Shown: positions 24,271-40,397, counted from the first letter of the stretch. The stretch is DNA of 64,000 nucleotides from Octopus sinensis (GCF_006345805.1 NC_043018.1:22072001-22136000), one strand, 5' to 3'. A program made the numbers and translations. The notes: generated by a model from the sequence alone, not told the origin.

Positions 24271-24905
24271 ACTTGCTTGCGGATGGCCCTCTCCGCCCCG
24301 ATAGCAGTCAGGGTTTCACTACTACAGGCCCTACTACACATCTGTGAAAGAGCAGCCGATACTTTTATACTTTGCCCTCCTCGGTTTGATGAGCCGCAAA
24401 GCCTGGGCTGGCCCCCAAACAACTGGACATTTTAAATGTTGAAAGGTAATGGGGTTCTACCAGAGTAAAATAATGATCAAATAGATCCAAAGATTAAAAA
24501 AATGGTGAAGCACTGGATTAAGAACATTTACGCACGCCATTCTTCAGACAGTTTCCCTCCAGAGCAAAACCTGTTGAATAGATTTCCTTTATTTTTTAGT
24601 ATTTTATTTTTTATGGGTTTTTTTTTTTTTGTGACAATTCTTTTTCGATAACGGAATTGGTTTTATTGAATATTTTAAAAGAATGCACTAGTAATGCAGG
24701 CGTTCACTGTAGTTTAGTGTTTGATGTACCAAACATGTATTTCGGAATTGTGTGATGTATATAGTGGAATCAGATCTAAAGAAAAAAAAAGAGGGGGTAA
24801 CTTAAGAAAGGGGATATATCAAAAGACAACACATAGATGCTATTAAGTAGTTGGTGTAAGCAAGAACCAAGGAATAAAATGCAAACTAAATGAAGAAATC
24901 GATTA

Positions 24906-24938
<33 letters not shown>

Positions 24939-25589
24939 CATACACATACATAGATATACATAAATATATGTATATGCATACACGCAAGTAAGCAAACTCG
25001 TGCAGAATAAGGTGGAAAAAGTAGTACTCAAATAACAAATGTTGAGTGAAATGCTATTTTATTGAAGTTGAAAGAAAAAATACAAACAGAGAAACCGGTT
25101 CTCAACTTCACGTTGAACGGTCACCTGAAATTCTCAGTAAAAGCATGTAAAGGTTTTATTAAAATGGTATATATCTTTTAAGAAAATAGTGTCTACATAC
25201 ATACATACATACATACATACACACACATACAGATCCAAAAAGTGGAACTAGAACACAACAGACGAGAATAATGCATCCGGACAGATAGACAATAAAAGGA
25301 CGGACAGGAAAAAACAAGGACGGACCATTCGCAACAATCTCTCTTTAATCAAGTATCCAGACAATCGTAACAGTTTCGGCCGGTTATACGGAAAAGATAG
25401 AATAAGTACAAGAATTGCAAAAAAAAAAACAAAAAAAAACAACAACCTGAAATAAGTACTAAAGTCGATTTGTTCGACTATCCATTCCAAGCGGTGCCCC
25501 GGCTTGGCCAGAATCCAGGGACTGAAACAAGTATAAAGTATATACATCATATCGATCCGATATCTATAACATATATTATGTATATCCAT

Positions 25590-27200
<1,611 letters not shown>

Positions 27201-27653
27201 CAACGAAGCGTCGGGAGGTTTTAACTGTACGTTGTTCATACGTAAGAAAAATGTATTTTTGTATCCTTATCTTGAGCGGAGTGGGTTATCTGCGACTGCT
27301 TTATGTTACTGAATATGATTAGGGTTACTGAACCCCTATTGAACAATCTTTTCATTGAAGTTATTCTCATCGGCTGCGAGGTACTGAAATGATTGCGAAA
27401 GCTTTGATGGTGTCACGAACAGCGACGTTTGCTTTCACTGAAGTTCGTAAAAGTGAATGGTCTTTCATTCACGGAAAACCTAATTCTAGAGGGAAAGATA
27501 TGTGATCGTTTCCATTACCTTTGAGGTGTAGCAAGCATTGAATAATAAACCCCCTTTAAAGAGGTTATTGTGTTCATACATGAAATAGCAGTGACTACCT
27601 TCAGAGCTGTTTATGCGTGAATGTTTATTTGTGCATTCCTACGAATAGAAATT

Positions 27654-27746
<93 letters not shown>

Positions 27747-27829
27747 CAATTATACAGAGTCAATGAAGCCCTGGCGGTGTATAGAATTAAACATTTTATA
27801 TTGGTAAAATCAATTGCGCGTTGGAAAAT

Positions 27830-28840
27830 GTTATGTGGTATTGCCTTTCGGGTATTTATGTTCTGAGTTCAAATTCCACTCCAGCCAGTTTTGCTTTTTT
27901 TTTTTGCATCCTTCTGAGATCGATAAAAATAAAGTACCAATCAAGAACTGGAGTTGATGGTATTGGTAAACCTCCACCCGTTCAAATACTTATTTCTTTA
28001 CTACCCTCAAGGGGCTAAACACAGAGAGGACAAACAAGGACAGACAAACGGATTAAGTCGATTACATCGACCCCAGTGCGTAACTGGTACTTAATTTATC
28101 GACCCCGAAAGGATGAAAGGCAAAGTTGAACTCAGAACGCAACGGCAGACGAAATACAGCAACGCATTTCGCCCGGCGTGCTAACGTTTCTGCCAGCTGC
28201 CGAGATCGACCATGCTTTTCATCATTTTGAACTCAATAAAATAAGTACCAGTTGAGTACTGCGGTTGATGTAATCAATTGACTCTGTCCCTCAAAATTGC
28301 TGGCCTTGTGCAAAAATTCGTAAATCCAATATAGACAATTACAAAAAAGTTATTAATAGTTTCATGCTTTGAGGTACACTTTAGTACCTTATATGCTGTA
28401 CATAACATGCCGTATATCTTTAAGGAATCGTTCAGTCTCAGTTCATGACGTTAGATGAATTGAAAAAATATTAGGATGCTGGTTTATGAGAAGGAAAAGA
28501 AAAGAAAAAATACAAGGAAGGTTAATGCAAAAAAGGAACGAGAGAGAAAAAAGTAAAAACCATAATTTATGTAGATGGTGCGGAATACACACACAAACAG
28601 ATATATACATTTCTTTACTACCCATAAGGGGCTAAACATAGAGGGGACAAACAAGGACAGACTAAGGGATTAAGTCGGTTACATCGACCCAGTGCGAAAC
28701 TGGTACTTTATTTATCGACCCCGAGAGGATGAAAGGCAAAGTCGACCTCGGCAGAATTTGAACTCAGAACGTAACGACAGACGAAATACCGCAAAGCATT
28801 TCGCCCGGCGCGCTAACGTTTCTGCCAGCTCGCCGCCTAA
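27830..28840. mobile_element. Cluster of SINE family A copies in both orientations
   Basis: Core gtcgactttgcctttcatcc and relatives at ~27860 (+), ~28000-28200 (-), ~28200-28320 (+) and 28609-28838 (-). Confidence 0.8.
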
Positions 28841-29982
28841 AATAGATATATACACACACCCGCATATATATACACGTGTTTGTGCTGTTCCTCCGCCCAC
28901 AACTTAGTGGCTCGACAAAATAGGATCGAATAAGTACCAGAGAACCCTTCAAGGCAGTGCTTCAGCATGGCAGCAGTTCAATGATTTTTAACAAGTAAAA
29001 GATGAAGCATTTCTTGTTAAAAATTTCCGCTGTATCGGTATGACGTTTATTGAATGTAACTAGTGATTTTTTTTCTGTTAAGTTAGTCCTTTATAATGCT
29101 CGGAGTATACTAAAATAATCTGAGTTAATAAGTACGAATAAATACGAGTTAGTACAGTACTCCTGGACAGCTGCTTTTACTCCCAAGAAAAAGTTCAAAG
29201 CGGTTTTACTGAATGATTTTTTTTTTCCAGGTGGAATTTTAACAGAAAACAACCGAAAAGAGAGTTATCGATTCAACCTCATTCTGCATAATAGTAATTC
29301 GCTTTTAATTTTAGAGATTCTTTTGAGAACGAAAAAGATTTAGAGTAAAACCAAAATACAAAAGACAGTTATTGATTTTCATTTTAGTTATTTATTTATT
29401 TTATTTTAGGAAACATTCGGTTGGTTGTGTACCGAGCAAAGTTGAACTTTAGTAAAACCTATAGACGAAAACGCTACAAATGAGCGTGTTCTCTTTCATT
29501 AAAAACTCATTTGACCAAGTGCGGCCTTCAATAGGTTTTAGTTGTAAGTTTTTTTTTTCAAAAAAGGGTCTAAAATCGATCAAAAACCTAAATGAAAAGT
29601 ACAAAAAAAAAAAAGAAAAAAAAGTAAATTGCAAGAATGATTTGGTGTTCTTAGTCAATGTTGAAACAGTTCTTTCTTTTATTTCTTGTATTAATTCTGT
29701 TAGTCGTTTAGAAATCATGCTTTATGTTGTCCATTCGTGACGTTCTGACTCTTGTAATATGATGAACATGGAGAAATGGTAAGCAGGCATTTCCATGGAA
29801 CAGTAGTTGCTTTAATTACAAGCAACGTTTCACTGTGCCTGGATTTTTACCATACGCATATTGGGTTCGAAACCTCATCTCATTGATTGTGTCTTTTTCT
29901 CCTGGCGAGAAAAATAACCCCCCCCCCGCCCCCCAGAAAACGGTACAATTAGCGACGGAAACAGTATTAATAACAAAAGACA

Positions 29983-30887
29983 GAAGGCAGCGAGCTGGCA
30001 GAAACATTAGGACGCCGGGCGAAACGCTTAGCGGTATTTCGTCTGCGTCGACTTTGCCGAGGTCGACTTTGCCGAGGTCGACTTTGCCTTTCATCCTTTC
30101 GGGGTCGATAAATTAAGTACCAGTTAAGCACTGGGGTCGATATAATCGACTTAATACCTATGTCTGTCCATGTTTGTCCCCTCTATGTTCAGCCCCTTGT
30201 GGGTAATAAAGAAATAGGTATTTCGTCTGCCGTTACGTTGTAAAGTCGACTTTACCGTTCATCCTTTCGGGGTCGATAAATTAAGTACCAGTTACGCAAT
30301 GGGTTCGATGTAATTGACTTAATACCTATGTCTGTCCTTGTATGTCCCCTCTATGATTAGCCCCTTGTGGGTAATAAAGAAATAGGTATTTCGTCTGCCG
30401 TTACGTTGTAAGTCGACTTTACCGTTCATCCTTTCGGGGTCGATAAATTAGTACCAGTTACGCAATGGGTTCGATGTAATTGACTTAATACCTATGTCTG
30501 TCCTTGTATGTCCCCTCTATGATTAGCCCCTTGTGGGTAATAAAGAAATAGGTATTTCGTCTGCCGTTACGTTGTAAAGTCGACTTTACCGTTCATCCTT
30601 TCGGGGTCGATAAATTAAGTACCAGTTACGCAATGGGTTCGATGTAATTGACTTAATACCTATGTCTGTCCTTGTATGTCCCCTCTATGATTAGCCCCTT
30701 GTGGGTAATAAAGAAATAGGTATTTCGTCTGCCGTTACGTTGTAAAGTCGACTTTACCGTTCATCCTTTCGGGGTCGATAAATTAAGTACCAGTTACGCA
30801 ATGGGTTCGATGTAATTGACTTAATACCTATGTCTGTCCTTGTTTGTCCCCTCTATGATTAGCCCCTTGTGGGTAATAAAGAAATAG
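29983..30887 (+). mobile_element. SINE family A pentamer within one 19-bp TSD
   Basis: TSD gtattaataacaaaagaca at 29964-29982 and 30888-30906; units start at 30217, 30385, 30551 and 30719 (168/166/168/168 bp) after a first head-bearing unit. Confidence 0.93.
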
Positions 30888-32404
30888 GTATTAATAACAA
30901 AAGACAATCTTTAAAATTCAACATAACATGAATACTTTCTTAGAACACCGAAAACCTCTGAGTTCGCCTTGAGATATCCTCTCTTGTAGACATGGTCGCG
31001 ATTTTATATGATCTGGCAATTCCGGCGACCATGCCAGTCGAATCTCGTTTGCTACAATATATGTCGGTATTGGTGTCAAATGAAATCCTACAGCCGTCTT
31101 ACGTTAAATTAACAATGTCTAGTTTGGCATAAATATTTCCTTTGCATAAATGTATTTCAATTTGAGCTTCATTCTCAAATCTTAGAAGAGAAAAATATAA
31201 TTGGGATTATTAATATCTGATACAAATGGATTTTGATGTAAATTTAATGCTGTTGGTACCTTCATGAAATTACTTTTTGTTTTTTCATTGTACATGATAC
31301 ACATTAAACTCGTTACCATCCTTTACGTTTGTTCATTATTCCACGCAACCTTTTTGCTATTGACGCCACCAAAACGAACAATATTATCGTTAAAGGCGTG
31401 AAATTGTTATGATTTTTGGACAATAACTGAAGAGGGAAGAAGTGCATATTCACGTCTTGCGTATGAATTTTCCGTTTGTTCCTTTCTCGTCCTTCTGTGC
31501 CATCTTTTGAATCTTATATAAGGAGCAACTGTAGAGCTTCCCGAACGTAATCTGTTTTGCATATGCAAATTTATAGTTTTTATACCTTAAGCCCATCCTA
31601 TTCTTTAGTGTTCTTCCTTTCCTTAACATTCTCCTATTTAATAAAAGACACCATTGAAAACATTTTGCTACAATGTCACTTTCCTTGTTATCGTCAACGA
31701 GCTTTGTACACAATGCCAACATTTTCTTATACGACACCATTTTTTTTTTCCGCCACCTCTTTTTAGAATTCTTTTAGAAAACGAAAGTTGATTTCATTCC
31801 GAAACATAAATGTACACAGAACCTTTCTTTAAAAATGCATAAATTCTTATAATGAGGAAATGTTCAAAATAGAACAAGACAATATTAACAAAAAAAAAAA
31901 AAAGAAGAAAAAGAAAAAACGATTGTAAGAAAATGATAACATAAAAGTTATTTTTTTAACATGACACTCGTTAGAGTAAAATGAGAGGCCTTCATAAAGT
32001 ATGAATTGGTGTTAAAAATGAGACACACGTTTGTGAATTTATTTCAAATTTCTTCTCTAAAACAGACAATAATACATTCATTATTTGTGAACCTTTTATC
32101 ATCTTTACATTATTTATTATTATTATTATTATTGTTGTTGTTATTGCACTATAGCAAATAGACAATATTTCCTAACAACTATTGCAACTAAATAGAAACG
32201 TTATACAGTTATTGTTGAGGGGAAACAAATGTTGTGATATAAAAGAGTTGCTTCGATTACCGATTCCATATTCTTTGTAGTGACTTCGATGTCCCTTTTT
32301 TTTTTTGTATAATTTTTGGTTTACTTACAGTTCTACACCACATAACTAATAATGATATTGACAAAAGCTACAAAGAAAAATACCCACCCCCATACTTGCT
32401 CTAT

Positions 32405-32498
32405 ATAATGTATTCTATCTATCTATCTATCTATTTATCTATTTATCTATCTATCTATTTATCTATTATCTGTCTATCTATCTGTCTATCTATCTATC

Positions 32499-32561
<63 letters not shown>

Positions 32562-32610
32562 ATCTATCTATCTATCTATCTATGTATTTATCTATCTATC
32601 TGTCTATCTG

Positions 32611-32653
<43 letters not shown>

Positions 32654-32658
32654 GTCTG

Positions 32659-32723
<65 letters not shown>

Positions 32724-32784
32724 TTATCTATCTATTTATCTATCTATTTATCTATCTATTTATCTATCTATTTATCTATCTATT

Positions 32785-32833
<49 letters not shown>
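32405..32833. repeat. (TATC)n/(TGTC)n/(TATT) array
   Basis: Directly visible. Confidence 0.95.
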
Positions 32834-32834
<1 letters not shown>

Positions 32835-32869
32835 GTGCATATGTATATGTGTGTATATATGTATGGTAA

Positions 32870-33157
32870 GTAGCTTGCTTACCAACAACATGGTTCCAAG
32901 GTGCCATGTAGTGGGACTGAACTCGGAACCATGTGGCTGCTAAGCAAGCTACTCTTACGCTGTGTATAAAACTTATTAAACATGTTAACATTTGAAGATG
33001 TAGGGACTTGTGTGGTAAGTAGCATGCTAACCAGCCACATGGTTCTGGGTTCAGTCCCACTGCGTAGCATCTTGGGCAAGTGTCTTCTGCTATAGCCCCA
33101 GGCCGACCAATGCCTTGTGAGTGGATTTGGTAGACGGAAACTGAAAGAAGTCTGTCG

Positions 33158-33192
<35 letters not shown>

Positions 33193-33805
33193 GTATATAT
33201 ATATGTATATGTATATATATATGTATATATGTATATGTATATATATATGTATATATGTATATGTATATATATATGTATATATGTATATGTATATATATAT
33301 GTATATATGTATATGTATATATATATGTATATATGTATATGTATATATATATGTATATATGTATATGTATATATATATATGTATATATATATGTATATGT
33401 ATATGTATATATATATATGTATATATATATGTATATATATATGTATATATATATGTATATATATATGTATATATATATGTATATATATATGTATATATGT
33501 ATATATATAGTATATATATATGTATATATATATGTATATATATATGTATATATATATGTATATATATATGTATATATGTATATATATATGTATATATATA
33601 TGTATATGTGTATATATATATGTATATGTGTATGTATATGTGTATATGTGTATGTATATGTGTATATGTGTATGTATATGTGTATATATATATGTATATG
33701 TGTATATATATGTATATGTGTATATGTATATATATGTGTATATATATATGTATATGTGTATATGTATATATATATGTATATGTATATGTATATGTTATAT
33801 ATATG

Positions 33806-33836
<31 letters not shown>

Positions 33837-33909
33837 GTATATGTATATATGATAAACAGGCATCTCTTGTATATATGTATATATATATATATATATGTAT
33901 ATGTATATA

Positions 33910-33954
<45 letters not shown>

Positions 33955-34148
33955 CTGTGTTTGTTCCCCTAGCATTGCTTGACAACCGATGCTGGTGTGT
34001 TTACGCCCCGTCACTTAGCGGTTCGGCAAAAAGAGACCGATAGAATAAGTACTGGGCTGACAAAAAGAATAAGTCCCGGGGTCGAGTTGCTCGACTGAAG
34101 GCGGTGCTCCAGCATGGCCGCAGTCAAATGACTGAAACAAGTAAAAGA

Positions 34149-34151
<3 letters not shown>
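32870..34151 (+). mobile_element. SINE family B with partial head duplication and ~800-bp expanded internal (TA/TG) microsatellite
   Basis: Heads at ~32870 and ~33010, microsatellite at 33158-33955, tail at 33955-34151. Confidence 0.88.
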
Positions 34152-34183
<32 letters not shown>

Positions 34184-36476
34184 GAACGAGAGAAAGATTG
34201 ATAAACAGGCATCTCTTGTATAGTTTTATTTTGTGACTGAAACAAATAAAAGAGCTAAAGAGTAAAAGGGATATAAATAAAAAAAAAAGAGTAAACTTCA
34301 GACAACCCGCAAGCTTCTGATGTGGAATGAGAACCTAGCAAATTTGCATGTATCATGACCATCCTCTTACAAAACACAGCATTGTCGTCGTACAGTTATA
34401 GTTTTCTCACCGACAGCAACAATATTAACTAAAGTGAACAAGCTTTTTTTTTTTTTGTAAAAATGGAATTGAACGAGCTTTTGTAAAATGAAATTGAACG
34501 GAGTTTTATGGAATGAAATTATTATATATAAAAAAAGAAAATGGTATAAATTCTGTCATCTGCAGACCTTTAAAAGAAATCGATAGAATCCATTTGTCAC
34601 TAAATAACATAAAGGAATAAAAATATAGAGAAACCCGAGCATTATAGATTCTAACTAACAAGCACTTTTACCATGAAGAGTAGCAGACTGGAGTGGGAAA
34701 AATTCTGCTTTGAAATATTATATTAAAGATTAGATATGGATCCAGGACGAGCATTTGGTTTCTGCGAAAATGTAAAACTAAACAATTTTTTTCTTCTCTT
34801 TCTGTGTATTTCGTTAAATTTTGTTTTTCGGTGACATTTTGCCCATTTACTTGCAAATAGAATTAGATTAAATTAAAAAAATTTTTTTAAACTTTTTTTT
34901 TTTAGAAACCCCCCAAAAAACCTGTCAAGTAAACACTTTGTGCCTGAAACTTAGTTTTAAAGAAATATATATTTAATAGAATTATAAATCACAAAAAGAA
35001 CTTTTGAAAATGTTCACCAAGTCACATTTACAGATTAAATAACGTGTGTGTTTATGTACGCGTGTGTGTATATGTGTGTAAATATGTGTATGAGTGTTTG
35101 TGTGTATGTAACTATGCATGTATATACGTTTCTCTCTAACACACAGACGCATATATATAAGATTGATCCCTCTCATCTTACTGTAATGGCTCAGGATGTT
35201 GGACTTACTTTTAGATAAAAAGATTAGTGAAACACGAAGCGGAAATAAGGAAGAAGAAAATTGTGCGTGTGTGTGTGTGAGAGAGAGAGGGGGGGTGTAA
35301 AGTGGATTGGAAGAAGAACAAAGTCTAGTTTTAAAGAATTATAACAAGGAAACAGTTTAGTGATAATTGCCGGAAGTGGATCTAAGACACTTGTCTGTCA
35401 TAGGTTTTAAAGGAGTTTTTTCTTTGAGCAAGGACATAAGAATAATGAAGACGCTTTTCTGCAACAGTTCCGATTAAACCAGCACCACCCCTCCCTCATA
35501 CAATCATTTCGTTATAAAAGAATTGTGAAGAAAAACTTGGTGAAAAACAAAATTGAAGAATTTGCCAGTGAAATGCCTTGCGTTTATTTACTTCAAGGCC
35601 ACGCTGATGCTTGGAAAAGGTTTGTCTTTCATCCATTTGGAATCAATGGAATAAAGTACCAGGCCAGAACGGTGGCTGAATGGAATTGATACAGTGTTGG
35701 AAGGGTGGATTTCTTATGATATTTACCCCGGTTCTTTGTTTTGTGAGTTCAAATCTCACCATGTACTTACTTCTTCATTTGATTTCACAACGCCATTTAG
35801 TGCTTCGAGTGGCTTCGGCCGAGAAAAGCATTTGGTTCGACTTCAAGTTCAAGACTACCCATTCTAGGAGCCATGTTCTGGGAGCCATGTAAAGAGTGAC
35901 GGGTCCAGCCTATCGCTCCTGATCCTTTGGCCAGTTCCGGCCTCTCATACCTAACCTGCAATGTATTGCTAAAAATCTACAACCGCGTCATCGAAATCTC
36001 GAAGCTATGAGGTAATGCCTTATTACTTAAAAACAATGTGAATAAAGAAGCATTGCATTTGACAGAGTAATCTGAATGCTGAAGGGCTGTAACAAAAGAA
36101 CAACAACGAACAAACAAAAACAAAATGTAAGAAAGCGCCATTTTTTTTTGTATTTCAAATGCAGTCAACGAGTGAAGCAGTCCCAGCCATACACTGTAAC
36201 CACAAGTCAATTCCGACCGCGACACGCATGGTTAAGTTTATGGATTTATCTTTTGATTATTTTTGCATTAGTCTGCGGCCTTGGCCATGCTGGATCACTA
36301 CCTTGAAGAATGTTAGCCGAACGAATCGGAGCCACGATTTATTATTTTTTTTTTTTTTGTAAAGCTGGGCACTTATTCTGTCAGTTTCTTTTGCTGAACT
36401 TAGCGGTTCGGCAAAAGAGATTGTGGTGATCCCCCCATCAACGCTTGGCAACCAACACCGGTTGTCAAATGGCGAT

Positions 36477-36507
<31 letters not shown>

Positions 36508-37333
36508 TTTCATTATGGTGTGAATTGAACTCGGAACATAATGTGCTGGAACAGATGCCGCTACGCATTTTGTCCGACGCACTAACAATTCAACTTCTCT
36601 ATTAGACAAGTACTTTATTTTATCGACCCCAGAGAGATGAAAAGTAAAATTGACCGTCGCGGAATTTGAACTCACAACGTAAAAATCCGAAAGAAATGCC
36701 ACTAAGCGTTTTGTCCGACGCTATAACGATTAAGCCCCCACTGCATCTGATATAGACACACGGCCAGAATATTTGAGGGGAGGGGCTTAGTTTATAACAC
36801 TAGTTCTGGTATTGGACTGGTGTTTTGTTTTACCGACCCCGGATTTGAACTCGGAACGTAAGGTACGAGACACCAAGTAGCGTTGTCAAATCAAGTGAAT
36901 AAATAAGTACTGCCCATGACGAGATTTGAACTCACAATGCAAAGATTCATTAAAATACTACTAGCAACGCACCCTTCCTACGCTCTGTCAATTCCACTCG
37001 TCCGCCGTTCTGGCCTGGTGCATCGACCCCAAGGCATTTTGTCCCATACTCTATCCATTCTACTTATCTGCTACCATTATTTTGCTACCATGCTGAGAGT
37101 AATACAATATGGTCTTTATACGGCATCTTCGTGAGGTCTTGCATCATATCCAAGACAAACACAGTTTCGGTTTCTCTGTCTTTTAGTTCTGCATCATATC
37201 TAAAAATAACGAATGGTTCTCCATGTAATTTTCGCTATCCACATTGCAATTTATTTTTAAATCTTCTTTCCTTAATTACTTGTTGCTGTTTGTAAACAGC
37301 GATTACACACACCAACGCTTACATCAACCCTCA

Positions 37334-37334
<1 letters not shown>

Positions 37335-37417
<83 letters not shown>
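37335..37417. repeat. (CA)n microsatellite
   Basis: Directly visible. Confidence 0.95.
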
Positions 37418-37420
<3 letters not shown>

Positions 37421-38012
37421 CCCGCAAAAGCGCACACACCAACACGCACATACGAACACATAATTCCGATAAATAATCAAAGTATTCCAGAATCCAAGAA
37501 AATGGATGAAGAATATTTAATTATTCTTTTCCTGAGTACTTGGCCAGCAATGATTGAATTCGCGTTTCGTCAGAGGAAAATGCGTGTCCAAATTATTAGG
37601 AAAGGAAAAATTTGTATGATTACAAATGTAATAGATATCTTTTAAGACTTGCTATAAAAATTGATCCCGTGTTTAAACGCCAACTTTCTTAGCCGCTTCA
37701 GTGAAAGATCAAGTCCATTGATTAACTTTGCCTTTCGCTAACATTGTCAGAATTCGATTTTTTTTCCCCCAAACTCGAGTCCAGTTCAGAAAAGTTTGAC
37801 CTGCGAAAGAAAATTTAGACTTAGCGAGAAGAAAGCGAAAATGTGGGAAATTTCACTGGCGACTGTTGGTGCTGCCATCTAGTAAGAGAGGGATGGAGCG
37901 AGAAAGAGCGTTTACTAAGAAAAAGAAGGGAGGGTGAATATACCCTTTAAAGGGAGAGAATAGCTCAGGGTTTATAACTTACTTTGTATTGTTATTATGA
38001 GATGTCTGTCTC

Positions 38013-38395
38013 TTGGAAGCACTCCGTCGGTTACGACGACGAGGGTTCCGGTTGATCCGATCAACGGAACAGCCTGCTCGTGAAATTATCGTGTAAGTGG
38101 CTGAGCACTCCACAGACACGTGTACCCTTAACGTAGTTCTCGGGGATATTCAGCGTGACACAGAGAGTGACAAGGCCGGCCCTTTGAAATACAGATACAC
38201 CAGAAACAGGAAGTAAGAGTGAGAGAAAGTTGTAGTGAAAGAGTACAGCAGGGATCACCACCATCCCTGCCGGAGCCTCGTGGAGCTTTTAGGTGTTTTC
38301 GCTCAATAAATACTCACAACACCCGGTCTGGGAATCGAAACCGCGATCCTACGACCGCGAGTCCGCTGCCCTAACCACTGGGCCATTGCGCCTCC
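38013..38395 (-). mobile_element. SINE family C, tail x, with 10-bp TSD
   Basis: TSD tgtctgtctc at 38003-38012 and 38396-38405. Confidence 0.93.
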
Positions 38396-38749
38396 TGTCT
38401 GTCTCATGAGTTAGAGAACATATGAAATAATATTTCCATATAATTCATTTTCCCTCCTTCATATTGAATGTCCTCGTGGCTGTGCACGAAAATGTTTTGC
38501 TTTTATTACACTTAGATATACACTGTGAGACATTTTTTAGACAAAAACGCGGGTTGTTATGAATATTGGTTTTTAGAATTCCTGTATATTACTGTAGAAA
38601 AACATAAAACAGGAATATTAGATGCTATTCGGAAAAACATTACTGAAAAAAAAAGGAGAATTCTTTCTTCATAACTTCGAAATACATAGAAAAAATATGA
38701 AGCGTGTATCGAACTTGTCACGAATAAAATATTGATTTCAAATTTTGAC

Positions 38750-39412
38750 ACACGACCAGCAATTTTGGAGGAAGGGCTAAGTCAATTACATTGACCGTAG
38801 TGTTCAACTGGTAGGTTGATTTTATGGACCCTGAATCGCATGAAAGACAAAGTCAGCCTCGGTGGAATTTGAACTCAGAACGTAAGGACGGACGAAATGC
38901 CACAATCCATTTTTCCCGGTGTGCTACCGATTCTGTCAACTCACCGCCTTGAATTCCCGTAATATTTTCAAATATTGGCACAAGGCCAGCAATTTTGGAG
39001 GAAGGGCTAAGTCGATTCCATCGACCCCCATTGTTCAACTTGTACTTATTTCATCGACCCCGAATCGAATGAAAGGCAAAGTCGGCCTCGGCGGAATTTG
39101 AACTCAGAACGTAAAGACGAACGTGAAGAAAAGCCGCAATGCACTTATCCCGGCTTGTTACCGATTCTGCCAGCTCGCCGCCTTACCACAAATAGTATTA
39201 GTTTCACATTTTGGCACAAGGCCAGCAATCTCGGGGGAGGAGGTAAGTCGATTCCATCGACCCCAGTGCTAAACTGGTACTTATTTTATCGATCCCAAAA
39301 TGGCTGTAAGGCAAAGTCGACCTCGGCGGAATTTGAACCCAGAACGTAAAGACAGACGAAATGCCGCTAAGCATTTCGCCCGGCGTGCTAATGGTTCTGC
39401 TAGCTCGCCACC
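38750..39412 (-). mobile_element. Three adjacent SINE family A copies in the same orientation
   Basis: Three repeats of caaagtc(g/a)(a/g)cctcgg(c/t)ggaatttgaac(t/c)cagaacgtaa, each with a diverged head and tail. Confidence 0.85.
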
Positions 39413-40335
39413 TTGTCACGAATAATATTGACGAAACTTCCGAATGGTGTTATTACATTTTTTACCTGCTACTAATGAAGAACTACATGTACATTTTCGA
39501 AACCTTAAGTCAACATAGCCATATTAATTTACTGAATACTGCAAATATTATAAAAAACTTAGTGTTTGTCTCCCAACGCTTGACAAACCGCGTTTCGTTG
39601 TTTGCGTTCTCGCAAAAACCGATAAAACAAACGCTCATCTTGAAAATTGTAAATAGTGGGGGTTTATTTATTCGACTAAACTCGCGAAGACTGCCCCGGA
39701 TTGGCCGCAGTCTAATGACTGAAACTAGTAAAAGAATAAACAAATAAAAGAATCCTGTATTGTGCCGACGCGTACAAACGGGGTTTTGTTGACAATGGAT
39801 ATTGTATTGTATGCCTCTCTCATTTCCCAGCTGAGGTAGATTAATTTTATTACCTTTTGATCAGGAATCACTTTGTTAAACAAACCTTCGCTAACATTGT
39901 TCTGATAAATATCTTATGAATAAAATAATTGCGTTGGGAAAACAATTTTTACCTGATTACGCGACTTTTTCATCCATTTTTTTTTGTCTATCTCGTGTTT
40001 AGAACCGAGAACATGAAGGGAATATGGCGAAATTCAAGTGTTTTATCAAATTTTCAGAAAATATTCAAAACAAGATAGCAAAATATGAGAAAGACTGCGG
40101 TAATTTGTATGTAGCTGAATAAATCCTGATACACTTAGCTTTTTTTTTTTAGCACCAACCTTCCTCTATCTCACTCTCCCTCTCTCTCACTCACTCTCTC
40201 TCTCTCTCACCGTCTCTCTTTCTCTCTCTCTGATATATTTTGTCAATAAGTTGCTAAGAGCACCCAAGCTTGTTCTTTGAGTAACTGCTGATAATTCGAT
40301 TCAGTATAGTGTCTGCACACACACACATATAAATA

Positions 40336-40369
<34 letters not shown>

Positions 40370-40397
40370 AAATTGTGTGTGTGTATGTGTGTGTGTG

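Noticed and set aside
30217-30886. CRISPR-like array (also the 29-bp repeat at 3334)
   Set aside because: Contiguous tandem units with no unique spacers, in a eukaryotic context with no cas genes.
30990-31131. AG-bounded 47-codon frame (DMVAILYDLA...)
   Set aside because: No tincar-like motif and no convincing donor before the stop.
32827-34043. 300-395-aa YI/YT-rich ORFs
   Set aside because: Microsatellite inside a SINE.
37871-37886. CTCF-like motif gctgccatctagtaag
   Set aside because: Single imperfect match, expected by chance in 64 kb.
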